This document shows, piece after piece, positions 1-10,774 of a DNA stretch of 64,000 nt; positions within the stretch are counted from its first letter, which is position 1; every line of letters begins with the position of its first letter. This DNA is from Alphaproteobacteria bacterium (GTDB lineage: Bacteria; Pseudomonadota; Alphaproteobacteria; Puniceispirillales; Puniceispirillaceae): NCBI GenBank assembly GCA_022425485.1, contig JAKMFL010000040.1:8903-72902 (forward strand), written 5' to 3'. Both the position numbers and the translations under genes were made by a program. The notes below the pieces were generated by a model. It did not search any database, was not told the origin of the DNA, and worked only from the letters and a program-made list of their open reading frames with translations.

Positions 1-1
1 C

Positions 2-784
2 GGGGATGACCATCTAAATAATGCCTTTCGCCAGTACCATATCTATCAAGCGCTAGGATGGGAGGTGCCTATTTTTGGGCATATCCCGCTTATTCACGGG
101 CCAGATGGCGCAAAGCTGTCCAAGCGACATGGGGCATTAGGGGTAGATGCGTATCGCGATATGGGGTACTTGCCAGAAGCAATGCTAAATTATCTAGCGC
201 GGCTTGGCTGGTCACATGGTGATGATGAGCTTTTTAGCCTAGAGGAAGCGAAAAATTGGTTTGATGGTAGCCATATTGGCAAAAGCCCGTCCCGCTTTGA
301 TTTTGATAAGTTGAAGTCTGTTAATCATCACTGGATGCGACAAGCTGATCCGGTAAAGTTGGTAGAGAGGGTAATGGAAATTGCGCCTGATGGCGGCCCC
401 AAAACCAAAGATTGGCTTACCGCGCTAATGCCGCTTTTTTGTGAGCGCGCACAAACCCTGCCAGAACTCGCAGAGATGAGCAGTTGGCTGTTTTGTGAAG
501 GGGCACCTGCGTTAAATGAGGATGCAAAATCTATCTTGGATGTGGAAGCCAAAAACCGTTTACAGAATTTTGCTGGTTTTATGGCTACAGCGCCCGAAAA
601 TAAAGAGGATTTTGAGCCTGCCTTTAAAGACTGGATGGCAATGAATGCATTAAAGATGAAGGATATTGGCTTGCCGCTTCGGGCCGCGCTGACAGGAACA
701 AAAACAGCCCCTTCTATCTTGGATATTGTCGTTACGCTAGGGCGTGATGAAACACAGAAAAGAATACAAGATATTTGCAAATAA
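2..784 (+). CDS. gltX: Glutamate--tRNA ligase, C-terminal part (5' end lies outside the window)
   Basis: The frame is open from nt 2 (GDDHLNNAFRQYHIYQALGWEVPIFGHIPLIH). It has the class I KMSKS-type motif KLSKR and a GluRS anticodon-binding-like C-terminus. The GTG at 65 is only the ORF-finder start. Confidence 0.9.
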   Translation, partial: GDDHLNNAFRQYHIYQALGWEVPIFGHIPLIHGPDGAKLSKRHGALGVDAYRDMGYLPEAMLNYLARLGWSHGDDELFSLEEAKNWFDGSHIGKSPSRFDFDKLKSVNHHWMRQADPVKLVERVMEIAPDGGPKTKDWLTALMPLFCERAQTLPELAEMSSWLFCEGAPALNEDAKSILDVEAKNRLQNFAGFMATAPENKEDFEPAFKDWMAMNALKMKDIGLPLRAALTGTKTAPSILDIVVTLGRDETQKRIQDICK

Positions 785-859
785 CAGCATAACGAGCTTA
801 TAATAAGCCTCCGCATTTGCGGACCATTTGACTAGGTTTCTACTGGGGGAATTGAAGGT

Positions 860-2161
860 ATGTCTAACGAAAGCAATAAATCTGTAACCCTGACCGATAA
901 CCAGACAGGCGACAGCACTGACCTGCCTCTTCTGGGTGGCAGTATTGGCCCAAATGTTATTGATATCCGCTCACTTTATGCCAAGACAGGTCACTTTACG
1001 TTTGATCCGGGCTATGGGGGAACAGGCTCTTGTCTATCTGGGCTTACTTATATTGATGGGGATCAGGGCGTTCTTCTGCATCGCGGCTATCCAATTGAAC
1101 AGCTTGCTGACCAGTCTAGCTTTTTAGAAGTTGCTTATCTTCTGTTGAACGGCGAATTACCAAATAAAAATGAACGCCAAGAGTTTGTGAACGCGATTAC
1201 GCATCACACGATGGTGCATGAGCAGATCTCCACCTTTTTCCGCGGATTCCGCCGCGATGCGCACCCGATGGCTATTTTATGTGGGGTAACCGGCGCTTTA
1301 TCTGCGTTTTATCATGATTCAACGGATATAAATGATGAAAAGCAGCGGATGATTGCTTCCCGTCGTTTGATTGCGAAGATGCCAACCTTAGCGGCAATGG
1401 CGTATAAATATTCGATAGGCCAGCCCTTTAATTATCCACGCAACGAGCTAAGCTATGCTGAAAACTTCCTGCATATGTGTTTCTCGGTTCCAGCAGAAGA
1501 ATATAAGATTGACCCTGTAATTGCAGATGCAATGGATAAAATCTTCATTCTACATGCTGACCATGAGCAAAATGCTTCAACCTCTACGGTTCGGCTAGCA
1601 GGCTCGTCAGGCGCAAATCCTTTCGCGTGTATTGCAGCGGGTATTGCCTCTTTGTGGGGGCCAGCACATGGCGGTGCAAACGAAGCTGTATTGAATATGC
1701 TGAATGAAATTGGTGATAAATCCAACATCAAGACTTTTGTGGATAAAGCTAAAGACAAAAATGACCCGTTCCGCCTGTTTGGCTTTGGTCACCGTGTCTA
1801 TAAAAACTATGACCCACGCGCCCAAGTATTGCGCAAATCCTGTCATGAGGTACTGAATAAGCTAGGGGTAGAAGACCCGCTTTTGGAACTGGCAATGGAG
1901 CTGGAAGAATTAGCCCTGAAAGACCCGTATTTCATTGATAAAAAGCTCTATCCAAATGTTGATTTCTATTCTGGTATCATTCTGAAAGCGATGAATTTCC
2001 CAACCTCTATGTTCACCGTATTATTTGCGGTTGCCCGCACGGTTGGCTGGATTTCACAGTGGAAGGAAATGATTGAGGATGATACGCAGCGTATTGGCCG
2101 TCCACGCCAGCTTTATGTAGGCCCAGAACAGCGTGATTTCATTCCGGTAAATAAACGCTAA
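860..2161 (+). CDS. gltA: Citrate synthase (type II)
   Basis: 433 aa with the typical [22 protein letters not shown] and [14 protein letters not shown] citrate synthase motifs. Confidence 0.95.
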   Translation: MSNESNKSVTLTDNQTGDSTDLPLLGGSIGPNVIDIRSLYAKTGHFTFDPGYGGTGSCLSGLTYIDGDQGVLLHRGYPIEQLADQSSFLEVAYLLLNGELPNKNERQEFVNAITHHTMVHEQISTFFRGFRRDAHPMAILCGVTGALSAFYHDSTDINDEKQRMIASRRLIAKMPTLAAMAYKYSIGQPFNYPRNELSYAENFLHMCFSVPAEEYKIDPVIADAMDKIFILHADHEQNASTSTVRLAGSSGANPFACIAAGIASLWGPAHGGANEAVLNMLNEIGDKSNIKTFVDKAKDKNDPFRLFGFGHRVYKNYDPRAQVLRKSCHEVLNKLGVEDPLLELAMELEELALKDPYFIDKKLYPNVDFYSGIILKAMNFPTSMFTVLFAVARTVGWISQWKEMIEDDTQRIGRPRQLYVGPEQRDFIPVNKR

Positions 2162-2172
2162 AGATAGCCCGC

Positions 2173-3339
2173 TTAGCTTGAAAGCGCACGAAGCGCGGAA
2201 ACCAGCCTTATATCAAAAGGCTGGCCATCTGGGCTTAGCTCAGATTTCAGCTGTTTAGACATACGCGCTATTTCAGCATTTTTAGCGGTGATATCCTGCA
2301 AATTCTGCTCGGCTAGCAGGGCGATATTATCCGCGCTTAAATCAGGCGGAATTAAAAATGGATAGGCGCGTGTGCCCAAAATGATATCTGGCAAAACAGG
2401 TGTTTTTGGCTTGAAAAAGAGTTTAGCAAAGATACGGTTTATCCAGCTCAAATGATAGATGACCACTCCCGGCACGCCAGCTATCGCTGCCTCTAGCGTT
2501 ACCGTGCCTGAAGAGGCAATAATAAAATGCGCACGCTCAAAGGCCTTATCCACCGAGTTATCATTTAGATTCACGCGCTCTTGCAAGCTAAATTTAGTTA
2601 AAAAAGGCGCAGCTTGCTTATGTAAATGTGGCAATAACGGCAGGCTGAAACGAAGGTCAGGGTGGTTCTGCAACAACCTCTCACTAGCCTCTAACATCAG
2701 CGGTAAATGACGCTCAATCTCTGCGGTACGGCTGCCCGGCAGAAGCAGGATATGGATACCCCTATCTCTGTCTGGCATAGGCCGCACTTTTCCATCCGCA
2801 TCGGGATGGCCAATAAAAATAGCCTTAGCAGGCTCGGAGGCAAAAAACGGTACTTCAAAAGGAAATAAACAAAAGATATGGTCAAATAGCTGGCCAAATT
2901 TTTTCGCCCGCCAAGCGCCCCATGCCCATACCGTCGGCGCGACCATATGGACGAGTTTAGGCTGATAGCTTCTACCCTCTAAGGCACGACGCAGCCGCTT
3001 GGCAAAGCGCAGAGAAAACCCCTTACTATCAATGGTAAATATATATTCTGGCTGACGGGCAAGAATAGCGTCAATCAGCTCATCAGCTAGGCGTGTCAGG
3101 GCTCTTAGATGGCGCAAGGCATCCCCAAAGCCAATGATAGATAAGACCTCCATATCCGCTAATTTTTCAAGCCCGCAAGCGTCCATCTTCGGGCCGCCCA
3201 CACCAAACCAACTTATATCTTCGAAAACCTGACCGCCAGCTTCCATAAGCCGCGCCGCCAGCCTATCACCAGACGCCTCCCCCGCCAGAATAAATGCCGA
3301 AATTGAAGAGGCCGGAGATGTGTTTCTCTGGCTTTTCAT
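2173..3339 (-). CDS. lpxB: Lipid-A-disaccharide synthase
   Basis: 388 aa with N-terminal AGEASGD and an LLPGSR motif. It sits in the lpx cluster and shares 1 nt with the lpxI stop. Confidence 0.9.
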   Translation of the reverse strand: MKSQRNTSPASSISAFILAGEASGDRLAARLMEAGGQVFEDISWFGVGGPKMDACGLEKLADMEVLSIIGFGDALRHLRALTRLADELIDAILARQPEYIFTIDSKGFSLRFAKRLRRALEGRSYQPKLVHMVAPTVWAWGAWRAKKFGQLFDHIFCLFPFEVPFFASEPAKAIFIGHPDADGKVRPMPDRDRGIHILLLPGSRTAEIERHLPLMLEASERLLQNHPDLRFSLPLLPHLHKQAAPFLTKFSLQERVNLNDNSVDKAFERAHFIIASSGTVTLEAAIAGVPGVVIYHLSWINRIFAKLFFKPKTPVLPDIILGTRAYPFLIPPDLSADNIALLAEQNLQDITAKNAEIARMSKQLKSELSPDGQPFDIRLVSALRALSS

Positions 3340-4187
3340 TAGCTTGTTTGCTCAGCATTGCCAGATGGAGCATCTTTGCTATCAAAGGAGGTGGTAAGCA
3401 CTAGACCATGCAAAGATAATTCTGCCTCTATCGCCTCCAAGGGGTCTGCTAGCATCGTTTGGCCCGCCGCAACACCAGCAACACCGATACCAGCCTCAGC
3501 AAGGCTTTTTAGGGTGGCAATACCAATAACAGGCATGTCTAATATCTTATCTTGTTGGGTTTTTGCCATTTTCACGAACACTGCGGCATCTGCACTTGCG
3601 TCTATCAGGGGGGCCGTTCGCGCAATTAAGGCTTGTGTTCCTTCTGCCGCTTCAATACCCAGCACCCTATCTTGCTGGATAATTACCGACTGACCTACAT
3701 CCAATCCACCAAGCTGGGATAACACGCTACCCCCTAGATTCAGGGCAGAAACTTCTGCTGATGTAAGGGGGCGGCCGAAATGATAGTTTTCGGGTAGCGT
3801 TCGGTTAGGCAAAAAATCTGTATTGGGCAGAATTTTTATCTGCGCTTCTGCAAAATGCTCAGATACCAAGCGCAACGCTTTATCATCTCCTTTTAAAGCG
3901 AGGCGGCCAAGTAACGCAGCCCCCGCGCTATCAAGCTTTAACGCGCTTAGGCTCGGCCGTATAAACTTACCAGCTAGCAACAAACGATCACAGGATTTAT
4001 CGTGTAAGGCCGCTGTTACAGCCTTTAGTTTACCAGGCGCAAAGCTAAGATTTTCAAAAGGGCTATAATCTTGGTCAGCCTGTCCTTCAAGGCAGATAAT
4101 AAAAGGATTCTCGCCTTGCAATTTAGCTCTATTCGCCAGCTCCAATGGCAGGGTTCCACTGGCTGCAATGATGCCAAGCCGTCCCAT
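3339..4187 (-). CDS. lpxI: UDP-2,3-diacylglucosamine pyrophosphatase LpxI (DUF1009)
   Basis: 282 aa with an LGIIAASGTLP N-terminus and a DMPVIG motif. It lies between lpxA and lpxB, as in alphaproteobacteria that lack LpxH. Confidence 0.85.
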   Translation of the reverse strand: MGRLGIIAASGTLPLELANRAKLQGENPFIICLEGQADQDYSPFENLSFAPGKLKAVTAALHDKSCDRLLLAGKFIRPSLSALKLDSAGAALLGRLALKGDDKALRLVSEHFAEAQIKILPNTDFLPNRTLPENYHFGRPLTSAEVSALNLGGSVLSQLGGLDVGQSVIIQQDRVLGIEAAEGTQALIARTAPLIDASADAAVFVKMAKTQQDKILDMPVIGIATLKSLAEAGIGVAGVAAGQTMLADPLEAIEAELSLHGLVLTTSFDSKDAPSGNAEQTS

Positions 4188-4196
4188 TAAATCATC

Positions 4197-4988
4197 CTAT
4201 TTTTGTGGCTGACAGAGTGCACGATCCTGTCCATCTTCAATAAATTGTACCAGCGCACCAACCATATCATGGTGCCCTAAATCAGATTTAGTCTTAGCTA
4301 GATTTTCTTTAAACAGCCCCTCACCTGCAAAGATACATGCATAGGCCTTTTTCAGATTAGCCAGCGCTTCTTTCTCGAACCCGCGCCGGCGCAAACCCAC
4401 AACATTCAGCCCATGCAAAGCACCACGCGGGCCAGAAGCCAATCCAAAGGGGATAACATCGGCTGTAATCGCTGTCCCGCCACCGATAATGGCATGCGCA
4501 CCAATACGCACAAACTGATGGATAGCTGAATACCCCCCAAGATAGGCAAAATCGCCTATCGTGACGTGCCCACCTACCCCAACATGGTTAGCGAGGATAA
4601 CATTATTTCCAACCACACAATCATGGGCGATATGCGCACCAACATAAAACAGGTTATTATCCCCAATTATGGTTTTCATGGTTCCGACTTTTGTTCCGGG
4701 ATGCAACGTTACATATTCGCGTATTAAATTATTTTCGCCAATGATAAGTTCAGAGGCTTCGCCCTCAAAACGTGTATGCTGCGGGGCAAGACCAATGGCA
4801 GCAAAAGGAAAAATTTCTGTGCCCGCGCCAATGCGCGTATGGCCATCAATTACGACATGGCTGTGAATTTTCACATTATCCGCAATATGTACATTCGCAC
4901 CAATTATTGAATAAGCGCCAATATCTATATTTTGACCAAGCTGGGCTTGCGGCGAAACAATTGCCGTTTCATGTTGAGTAACGCTCAT
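4197..4988 (-). CDS. lpxA: Acyl-ACP--UDP-N-acetylglucosamine O-acyltransferase
   Basis: Left-handed beta-helix hexapeptide repeats. The ATG at 4988 (MSVTQHE) is preferred because it avoids overlapping fabZ. Confidence 0.9.
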   Translation of the reverse strand: MSVTQHETAIVSPQAQLGQNIDIGAYSIIGANVHIADNVKIHSHVVIDGHTRIGAGTEIFPFAAIGLAPQHTRFEGEASELIIGENNLIREYVTLHPGTKVGTMKTIIGDNNLFYVGAHIAHDCVVGNNVILANHVGVGGHVTIGDFAYLGGYSAIHQFVRIGAHAIIGGGTAITADVIPFGLASGPRGALHGLNVVGLRRRGFEKEALANLKKAYACIFAGEGLFKENLAKTKSDLGHHDMVGALVQFIEDGQDRALCQPQK

Positions 4989-4992
4989 TAAT

Positions 4993-5448
4993 TTAGCTAT
5001 CCTTATCCACAATCATCGCTGAAAACTCTGCTTGATTTACAACTTGTCCATCGACCATTCCAGTGCCAGAAAACTTCCAGAGCAGATTTCGGCCAGCCGT
5101 TTTGGTTACATGCAACTCTAGCAAATCACCCGGTCGCACAGGTGTTTTAAATTTAGTGTTATTAACAGACGCTAGAAACACCAGCTTATCTTCTGCCTCT
5201 TCGCCAAGAGAGAGCGCGGCAAGTGCGCCTGCGGTTTGTGCCATTGCCTCAACTATCAAAACACCGGGCATAACGGGGTTACCGGGAAAATGTCCAACAA
5301 AATAAGGCTCATTCCCGCTTACGGCCTTAATACCCGTTGCAGATTGCCCAAGTTCTATATCCTTAATTTTATCGATCAGCAAAAATGGGGCACGATGCGG
5401 TAATAATTTTTCAATTTCTGCATACCCTATTATTTCATTAGCACTCAT
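4993..5448 (-). CDS. fabZ: 3-hydroxyacyl-ACP dehydratase
   Basis: 151 aa with LLPHRAPFLLIDK and FVGHFPGNPVMPGVL hot-dog motifs. Confidence 0.95.
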   Translation of the reverse strand: MSANEIIGYAEIEKLLPHRAPFLLIDKIKDIELGQSATGIKAVSGNEPYFVGHFPGNPVMPGVLIVEAMAQTAGALAALSLGEEAEDKLVFLASVNNTKFKTPVRPGDLLELHVTKTAGRNLLWKFSGTGMVDGQVVNQAEFSAMIVDKDS

Positions 5449-5487
5449 AATATTCCCCTTTTTAAGCTGGCTATCCGGTGCCGATAT

Positions 5488-6522
5488 CTATGATGATTTA
5501 GCTGTTTTGCTTTTACGGCGTAAACTGGCCATCTGCATCCAAAATTCACGCGCTGGCATGGCTGGAAACCCAGCATAGGTGCCTGCTTCGCTTAAATCTT
5601 TGGTAACGCCTGATTTTGACGCGACCACAATATTATCCGCCAATGTAAGATGGTCGCCAATGCCAACCTGCCCCCCTAAGATGCATCCTTTGCCAATGAC
5701 CGCACTGCCAGCAATGCCTGTCTGCCCTAAAATAATAGTATTAGAGCCAATTATAACATTATGAGCAATATGACATTGATTGTCGATCATTACATAATCG
5801 CCAATAATGGTGTCATCTAAAACACCTCTATCAATAGTTACGCCTGCGCTGATATCACACCCCTTACCGATCACTACCCGCCCCAGATGCGAAAGAAATT
5901 GTGCGCCGCTTCCCTGCCCTTCAAAACCAAAACCGCGTTTACCAATGCTGCAATGAGAGGCTGTCTTGAGCGCTTCACCAGTATGTAAATGCGTTAAAAA
6001 ATTATGTGTACCGATGATACTGCCAGCCCCTAGATGCACGTCCATATCCAAAACAGAACCAGCCCCAATGCAGCACCCAGCGCCAATTTGGCAGTTAGGG
6101 CCAATGACGACAAAGGCACCAATATGGGCAGTGTTATCTATAGTTGCCGTTGGATGAATTTTTGCGCTTTCATCAATGCTGGGCGTTGGCAGACTTTCTG
6201 GAAACATCATCTGGACGATGCGCGCAAACGCGGCACGTGGTCGCTCTGCCACCAAAATGATAGGGGCGTCTAGATGGTCTTTGATAGGGTCTACCAATTC
6301 AGCAGAGGTCAGACAGACAAGCCCAGAGATAGGGGGTAATTTGGCGATATATTTTTTGTGCGTTAGCAGCACCAAGCCACCCTTTACGGGTGCAGCTATG
6401 CTGGAAACAGTATCAATTTGCTGGTCAGGCCTACCCTCAATTATTGAGGCGCCAACTTCCTCACAAAGGCTAGATAGCGGCCAGCGTCTGGCGCTTTTAT
6501 GAAGTCTGCCAGAACGCGCCAT
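5488..6522 (-). CDS. lpxD: UDP-3-O-acylglucosamine N-acyltransferase
   Basis: 344 aa with hexapeptide repeats, in the position between skp and fabZ. Confidence 0.9.
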   Translation of the reverse strand: MARSGRLHKSARRWPLSSLCEEVGASIIEGRPDQQIDTVSSIAAPVKGGLVLLTHKKYIAKLPPISGLVCLTSAELVDPIKDHLDAPIILVAERPRAAFARIVQMMFPESLPTPSIDESAKIHPTATIDNTAHIGAFVVIGPNCQIGAGCCIGAGSVLDMDVHLGAGSIIGTHNFLTHLHTGEALKTASHCSIGKRGFGFEGQGSGAQFLSHLGRVVIGKGCDISAGVTIDRGVLDDTIIGDYVMIDNQCHIAHNVIIGSNTIILGQTGIAGSAVIGKGCILGGQVGIGDHLTLADNIVVASKSGVTKDLSEAGTYAGFPAMPAREFWMQMASLRRKSKTAKSS

Positions 6523-6525
6523 ATC

Positions 6526-7161
6526 CTATTCACCCGTTGCAGTGGTTTGCTCACTAATTTCGAGCTGAGCGTCCTTGGTTCGTTCATTCAAAATCTGCAA
6601 AATATCATCGGTAATGTTCAACTGATTACGAAATACCAGCAGCAGCTCTTCTTTTACCACCAAATCAATTTTATACTCAGATGCGTATTCGGCGATAATA
6701 GTGGTTGCCAAGCTTCTAATTTTATCTTGTGCTTCCTGCAAGGCGCGATCCAATGATTGTCTTTTGTTTTGAATGTCTTGCTGTATAGCCGTTACATCTC
6801 TTTGAAAGGCGCGAACTTCTTCTTGATAGGCATCTTCTGTAATCAAACTTTCTTTTGCTTTCAGCTCTTTTTCTTTGGCTAAAAGCTGTGTTTCCTTTTC
6901 TGCAAATTCTTGCTGAAATTCCGCGCTCTTGCCATCTAACAACACCCGCACCCGCGCAGTTGCTTCCGATTCTCGGATAATACGTGCAAGGTCTATAACC
7001 GCTGCCCTACTAATCTCAAAGCGAGCAGCATCTGATGCACTGTTATCTTGTGCCTTTGCCGGAATGATAATTAAATTCGCCGCCAAAACCAAAAATAAAA
7101 GCGCGGATTTCACACCAAAAATCTGGAAACTGCGAAAGCATTTCATTGAGAAGTTCTGCAT
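6526..7161 (-). CDS. OmpH/Skp-family periplasmic chaperone
   Basis: 211 aa with a signal peptide ending AKAQD and a coiled-coil Glu/Lys/Gln-rich body. It lies immediately downstream of bamA. Confidence 0.75.
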   Translation of the reverse strand: MQNFSMKCFRSFQIFGVKSALLFLVLAANLIIIPAKAQDNSASDAARFEISRAAVIDLARIIRESEATARVRVLLDGKSAEFQQEFAEKETQLLAKEKELKAKESLITEDAYQEEVRAFQRDVTAIQQDIQNKRQSLDRALQEAQDKIRSLATTIIAEYASEYKIDLVVKEELLLVFRNQLNITDDILQILNERTKDAQLEISEQTTATGE

Positions 7162-7172
7162 AAACCGCCTGC

Positions 7173-9452
7173 TTAGAATCTAGTTCCAATATTAAATTGG
7201 AAACGCTTTATTTTATCATAAGAAGTCTTTGAAATAGCATCTGCCCAATAGAAGGTTAGCGGCCCAATCGCGGTATCCCAAAGAAAACCAAACCCAACAG
7301 ACTGACGCATTTTATCATCATTTGCGCCAATAACACCGTCTGGATAATCAGTTTTCCAAACAGAACCAAAATCTGAAAAGACCGTCCAGCGAACCCCTAA
7401 ATCATCACTAAGACCTAGACTTGAAATAAGCTCAATAGAGCCTGAATACATATTGTTACCGCCGACGGCACTGTCTGTACCATCATCACGTGGCCCGATG
7501 CCGCCGCCATCAAAGCCCCTGACATCACGCCCCCCTAGGGCAAAACGTGCAGATTGAGATACCTTTTCATCAATGCCGTCTACCAAGCCATATTTTCCGC
7601 GCACCCCTAAAATAATGCTGTTAAATAAATAAGGCTTGTAATATTTCGCACTAAGCACACTACGGAGATAATTTACATCCCCCCCGACACCTGAATAATC
7701 CTGTTTTGCTTCAAACAAATAACCTTCGCTTGGGTCAAAGCGGTTGTTTAAAGTATCACGGCCAAGGGTATAGGAAATCGCTGATTCAGTGAGCGTTTTC
7801 CCCTCATCCCCGGTAACAGAGGTGGCTTTACTGCTTTCTTGTTTTGTGTCCTTAGAAACATATCGATAACCAAAGCGATGATAATAATCACGCGCCGCAT
7901 TAAAGGACGCTGTTGTCGCTAGACCTTGCGTTTCAATTTCAGCACTCGTCTCTGTAACTTTTTCGTTAAATAGCTCAATACCGCCTCTTAAATTGCGGTC
8001 GAATAGATAAGGCTCGGTAATCCCAATTCGGTAATCCGTGCGGGCATCTGAAGTGGATAAAGAAAAATTAGTTGCCCGGCCGGTACCAAGGAAGTTTCGC
8101 TCTTTTATGCCTAGACTAAGAGTGGTTTTATCAATCGAGGAATACCCAACACCAACTGAAAAATCACCTGTCGGTTGCTCTTCAACATCAAATTGAACAA
8201 CTGATTGGTCAGGGGTTGAGCCTTGCTTGGTTTGTACATCAACGGTACGGAAGAAACCCAAACCCCGAACCTTTCGCAAAGACCTGTCGATCTTTAGCTG
8301 GTTATAAGCATCGCCTTCAACAATTTCCAGCTCGCGCCGCACGACATTATCAAGCGTGCGGGAATTATTAATAACCTCAATCCGTTCTACAAAATTCTTA
8401 GTTGCAGCGCCAATATTTATCTGAACATCCAGTTTCTTTGTTTCCGGATCTGTCACAACTTCTGGGGTGACATTTACAAAAGCATAGCCAAAATTACCCA
8501 GCTCATTTGTGATATTCAACAATCCCTGTTCAATGGCACGCACATCATACCAATCCCCGGCTTCCAACGGGATAAGATCGCGCAACAAGCTAACATCTAC
8601 AGATTCAATTTCTGAGGTAAAACTGATATCACGAAGCTGGTATCGCTCGCCTTCCTTTAAAGAGAAGGTAACAGCAAATCCTGAACGATCTGACAATAAC
8701 CCACCTTGTGCACGAACAACATCAATATCTGCATAGCCACGGCTCAAGTAAAATTGCCGCAATAACCGCACATCATAATCTAAACGACCGGGGTCATATT
8801 TGTCGGTTGCAGAAAGAAAAGCCCACCACCGCTCGACCCGGCTAGAGATTGTTTGGCGCAACGCGTAATCAGAAAAAGATTTATTGCCAAGAAAACGGAT
8901 AGACTGGATTTTAATAAGCGGCCCCTCATCCACCTCAAAAACAAGGTCAATACGGTTGTTTTCTAAGCGGATAATCTTTGGCACCACACTCGCAGCAAAC
9001 CGCCCAGACAGACGATAGATTTCCAAAAGCCTTTGGGCGCCCCCTCGTGCCACTGCGGCGGTATAAACGCGGCGCGGCTGGATATCTAATTCTGCAAGCA
9101 ATCTTTCATCGGTTAGGACGTCATTACCTTCGATATTGATACGGTTAATGATGGGATTTTCGGCGATTTCGACAATAACCTGATTGCCATCTCTAGAAAT
9201 ACTGACATTTTCGAATAAATTTGTAGCAAACAGGCTGCTAATAGCTTGGTCTAATGCTTGAAGATCAATTTTATCGCCAATTTTAATCGGCAAATACGCC
9301 TCAATGGTTGCATCTGTTACACGCTCATTTCCATCAACAATAATGGCTTCAACTTCAAATCGGTCTGTTGCCGTCTGCGCCAAGACAGCGGGCACAAAAG
9401 CTAGCGACAGCCAAACAAAGGATATGATTATGATTTTCTTGAGGAAATGCAT
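7173..9452 (-). CDS. bamA: Outer membrane protein assembly factor BamA
   Basis: About 759 aa from the ATG at 9452 (MHFLKK..., signal peptide). It has POTRA-like repeats, a C-terminal beta-barrel and a terminal ...NIGTRF. Confidence 0.92.
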   Translation of the reverse strand: MHFLKKIIIISFVWLSLAFVPAVLAQTATDRFEVEAIIVDGNERVTDATIEAYLPIKIGDKIDLQALDQAISSLFATNLFENVSISRDGNQVIVEIAENPIINRINIEGNDVLTDERLLAELDIQPRRVYTAAVARGGAQRLLEIYRLSGRFAASVVPKIIRLENNRIDLVFEVDEGPLIKIQSIRFLGNKSFSDYALRQTISSRVERWWAFLSATDKYDPGRLDYDVRLLRQFYLSRGYADIDVVRAQGGLLSDRSGFAVTFSLKEGERYQLRDISFTSEIESVDVSLLRDLIPLEAGDWYDVRAIEQGLLNITNELGNFGYAFVNVTPEVVTDPETKKLDVQINIGAATKNFVERIEVINNSRTLDNVVRRELEIVEGDAYNQLKIDRSLRKVRGLGFFRTVDVQTKQGSTPDQSVVQFDVEEQPTGDFSVGVGYSSIDKTTLSLGIKERNFLGTGRATNFSLSTSDARTDYRIGITEPYLFDRNLRGGIELFNEKVTETSAEIETQGLATTASFNAARDYYHRFGYRYVSKDTKQESSKATSVTGDEGKTLTESAISYTLGRDTLNNRFDPSEGYLFEAKQDYSGVGGDVNYLRSVLSAKYYKPYLFNSIILGVRGKYGLVDGIDEKVSQSARFALGGRDVRGFDGGGIGPRDDGTDSAVGGNNMYSGSIELISSLGLSDDLGVRWTVFSDFGSVWKTDYPDGVIGANDDKMRQSVGFGFLWDTAIGPLTFYWADAISKTSYDKIKRFQFNIGTRF

Positions 9453-9562
9453 TTGAGATCTCTCTTCATAAAACAACAATGTTCTATTTCACCCACCGCG
9501 CTTAGTATACGCCGTAAACGACTATAATTGCAAAAAACTTTAACATAGAAAGCTACACAACC

Positions 9563-10648
9563 CTAACTTGTGAACATTCTAACAAAATCTAACGAAATTA
9601 CGATAACCATTAGCGATAAGAGCAAGCTAACGCCAAGGCGGTTTAATTTATCCTGCACCTTATCTGGCAATGGCCTGCCTATTACCGCCTCGATTAAGAA
9701 AAAAACCAGATGCCCGCCATCAAGCGCTGGTATGGGAAATAAATTAATGAGACCCAAATTGATGGATATTAGCGCCGTAAAAATAACAAACGCTACCAGA
9801 CCCTGCTGTGCAGCATCAGCAGATAACTCAGCAATCCGAACGGGCCCTCCGATTTCGCCGCCGCTTGCTTGCCCTGTAATAAGCCGGCCAATCCCGCGTA
9901 GCATCGCCGCACATAGGTTAAAGGTATCTGCACTAGCGACATAAAAAGCTTCGCTTATCCCAAGCTTACGAAACTCACCCGCAGCAGAAGAACGCACACC
10001 TAAAACACCGAATGTAATGTCATATTCCTTTGAATAGGAGGATTTCAGCTGCACAGGCAGGTTGAATATATCCCCCTGCCTCTCCACTTCAAAAAACACC
10101 TCTTTATCGGGGTTTTCAAAGATCAGGGCGCGTAATTCATTAAAATCATCAATCTGAGAGCCATCAACTGCTAGGATCTTATCGCCTTGTTTCAGCCCAG
10201 CTTCCATTGCTGCACCTTCTTCCATCACCTCACCAATAACAGGCGGAATGAAGGTCTTGCCAGCGCCCATATAAACTCCGGCAAACAATAAAATACCAAG
10301 CAGAAAATTAGCTGCGGGCCCAGCGGCGACAATAGCGATACGCCGAAATACGCCGGCCCCTGCAAAACTGCCTTCTATTTCGCGCGAAGAGGCAGATGTT
10401 GTGCTCGCTACGTTTTGGTCGCCGCGCATCTTTACAAACCCACCAAGCGGTAAAGCCGCAATGCGCCAACGCGTGCCATGCTTGTCTATCCAAGCATATA
10501 TCTCTGGGCCAAAGCCAATAGAAAACACCTCCACCACGACCCCAGCGCGGCGGGCTACCCAGTAATGCCCAAGCTCATGGATAAAAACAATAGGCGTAAT
10601 TACCAAAAGAAAGAAAAGAATTTGGGTGAAACCACCGAGATCCGGCAT
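9563..10648 (-). CDS. rseP: RIP site-2 zinc metalloprotease RseP
   Basis: 361 aa with HELGH in the first TM segment, a PDZ-like middle region and a NLFPIPALDGG motif. Confidence 0.92.
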   Translation of the reverse strand: MPDLGGFTQILFFLLVITPIVFIHELGHYWVARRAGVVVEVFSIGFGPEIYAWIDKHGTRWRIAALPLGGFVKMRGDQNVASTTSASSREIEGSFAGAGVFRRIAIVAAGPAANFLLGILLFAGVYMGAGKTFIPPVIGEVMEEGAAMEAGLKQGDKILAVDGSQIDDFNELRALIFENPDKEVFFEVERQGDIFNLPVQLKSSYSKEYDITFGVLGVRSSAAGEFRKLGISEAFYVASADTFNLCAAMLRGIGRLITGQASGGEIGGPVRIAELSADAAQQGLVAFVIFTALISINLGLINLFPIPALDGGHLVFFLIEAVIGRPLPDKVQDKLNRLGVSLLLSLMVIVISLDFVRMFTS

Positions 10649-10774
10649 TTTTTATGTCCTGTTAGGATGAAGGGGGTACGGGCTTAACATTTAGGCAATT
10701 TACGCAACACACAACTATCGCAAATTTCATGCCTACTTAGCTTCATTCTTAATCCAGCTAGGCAAGGGATGCAA

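Noticed and set aside
5003-5011. Perfect DnaA box TTATCCACA inside fabZ, and its complement TGTGGATAA at 1738-1746 inside gltA.
   Set aside because: These are isolated 9-mers inside coding sequence about 3 kb apart. There is no cluster, no AT-rich DUE and no dnaA/dnaN/hemE context. About one chance hit per window is expected.
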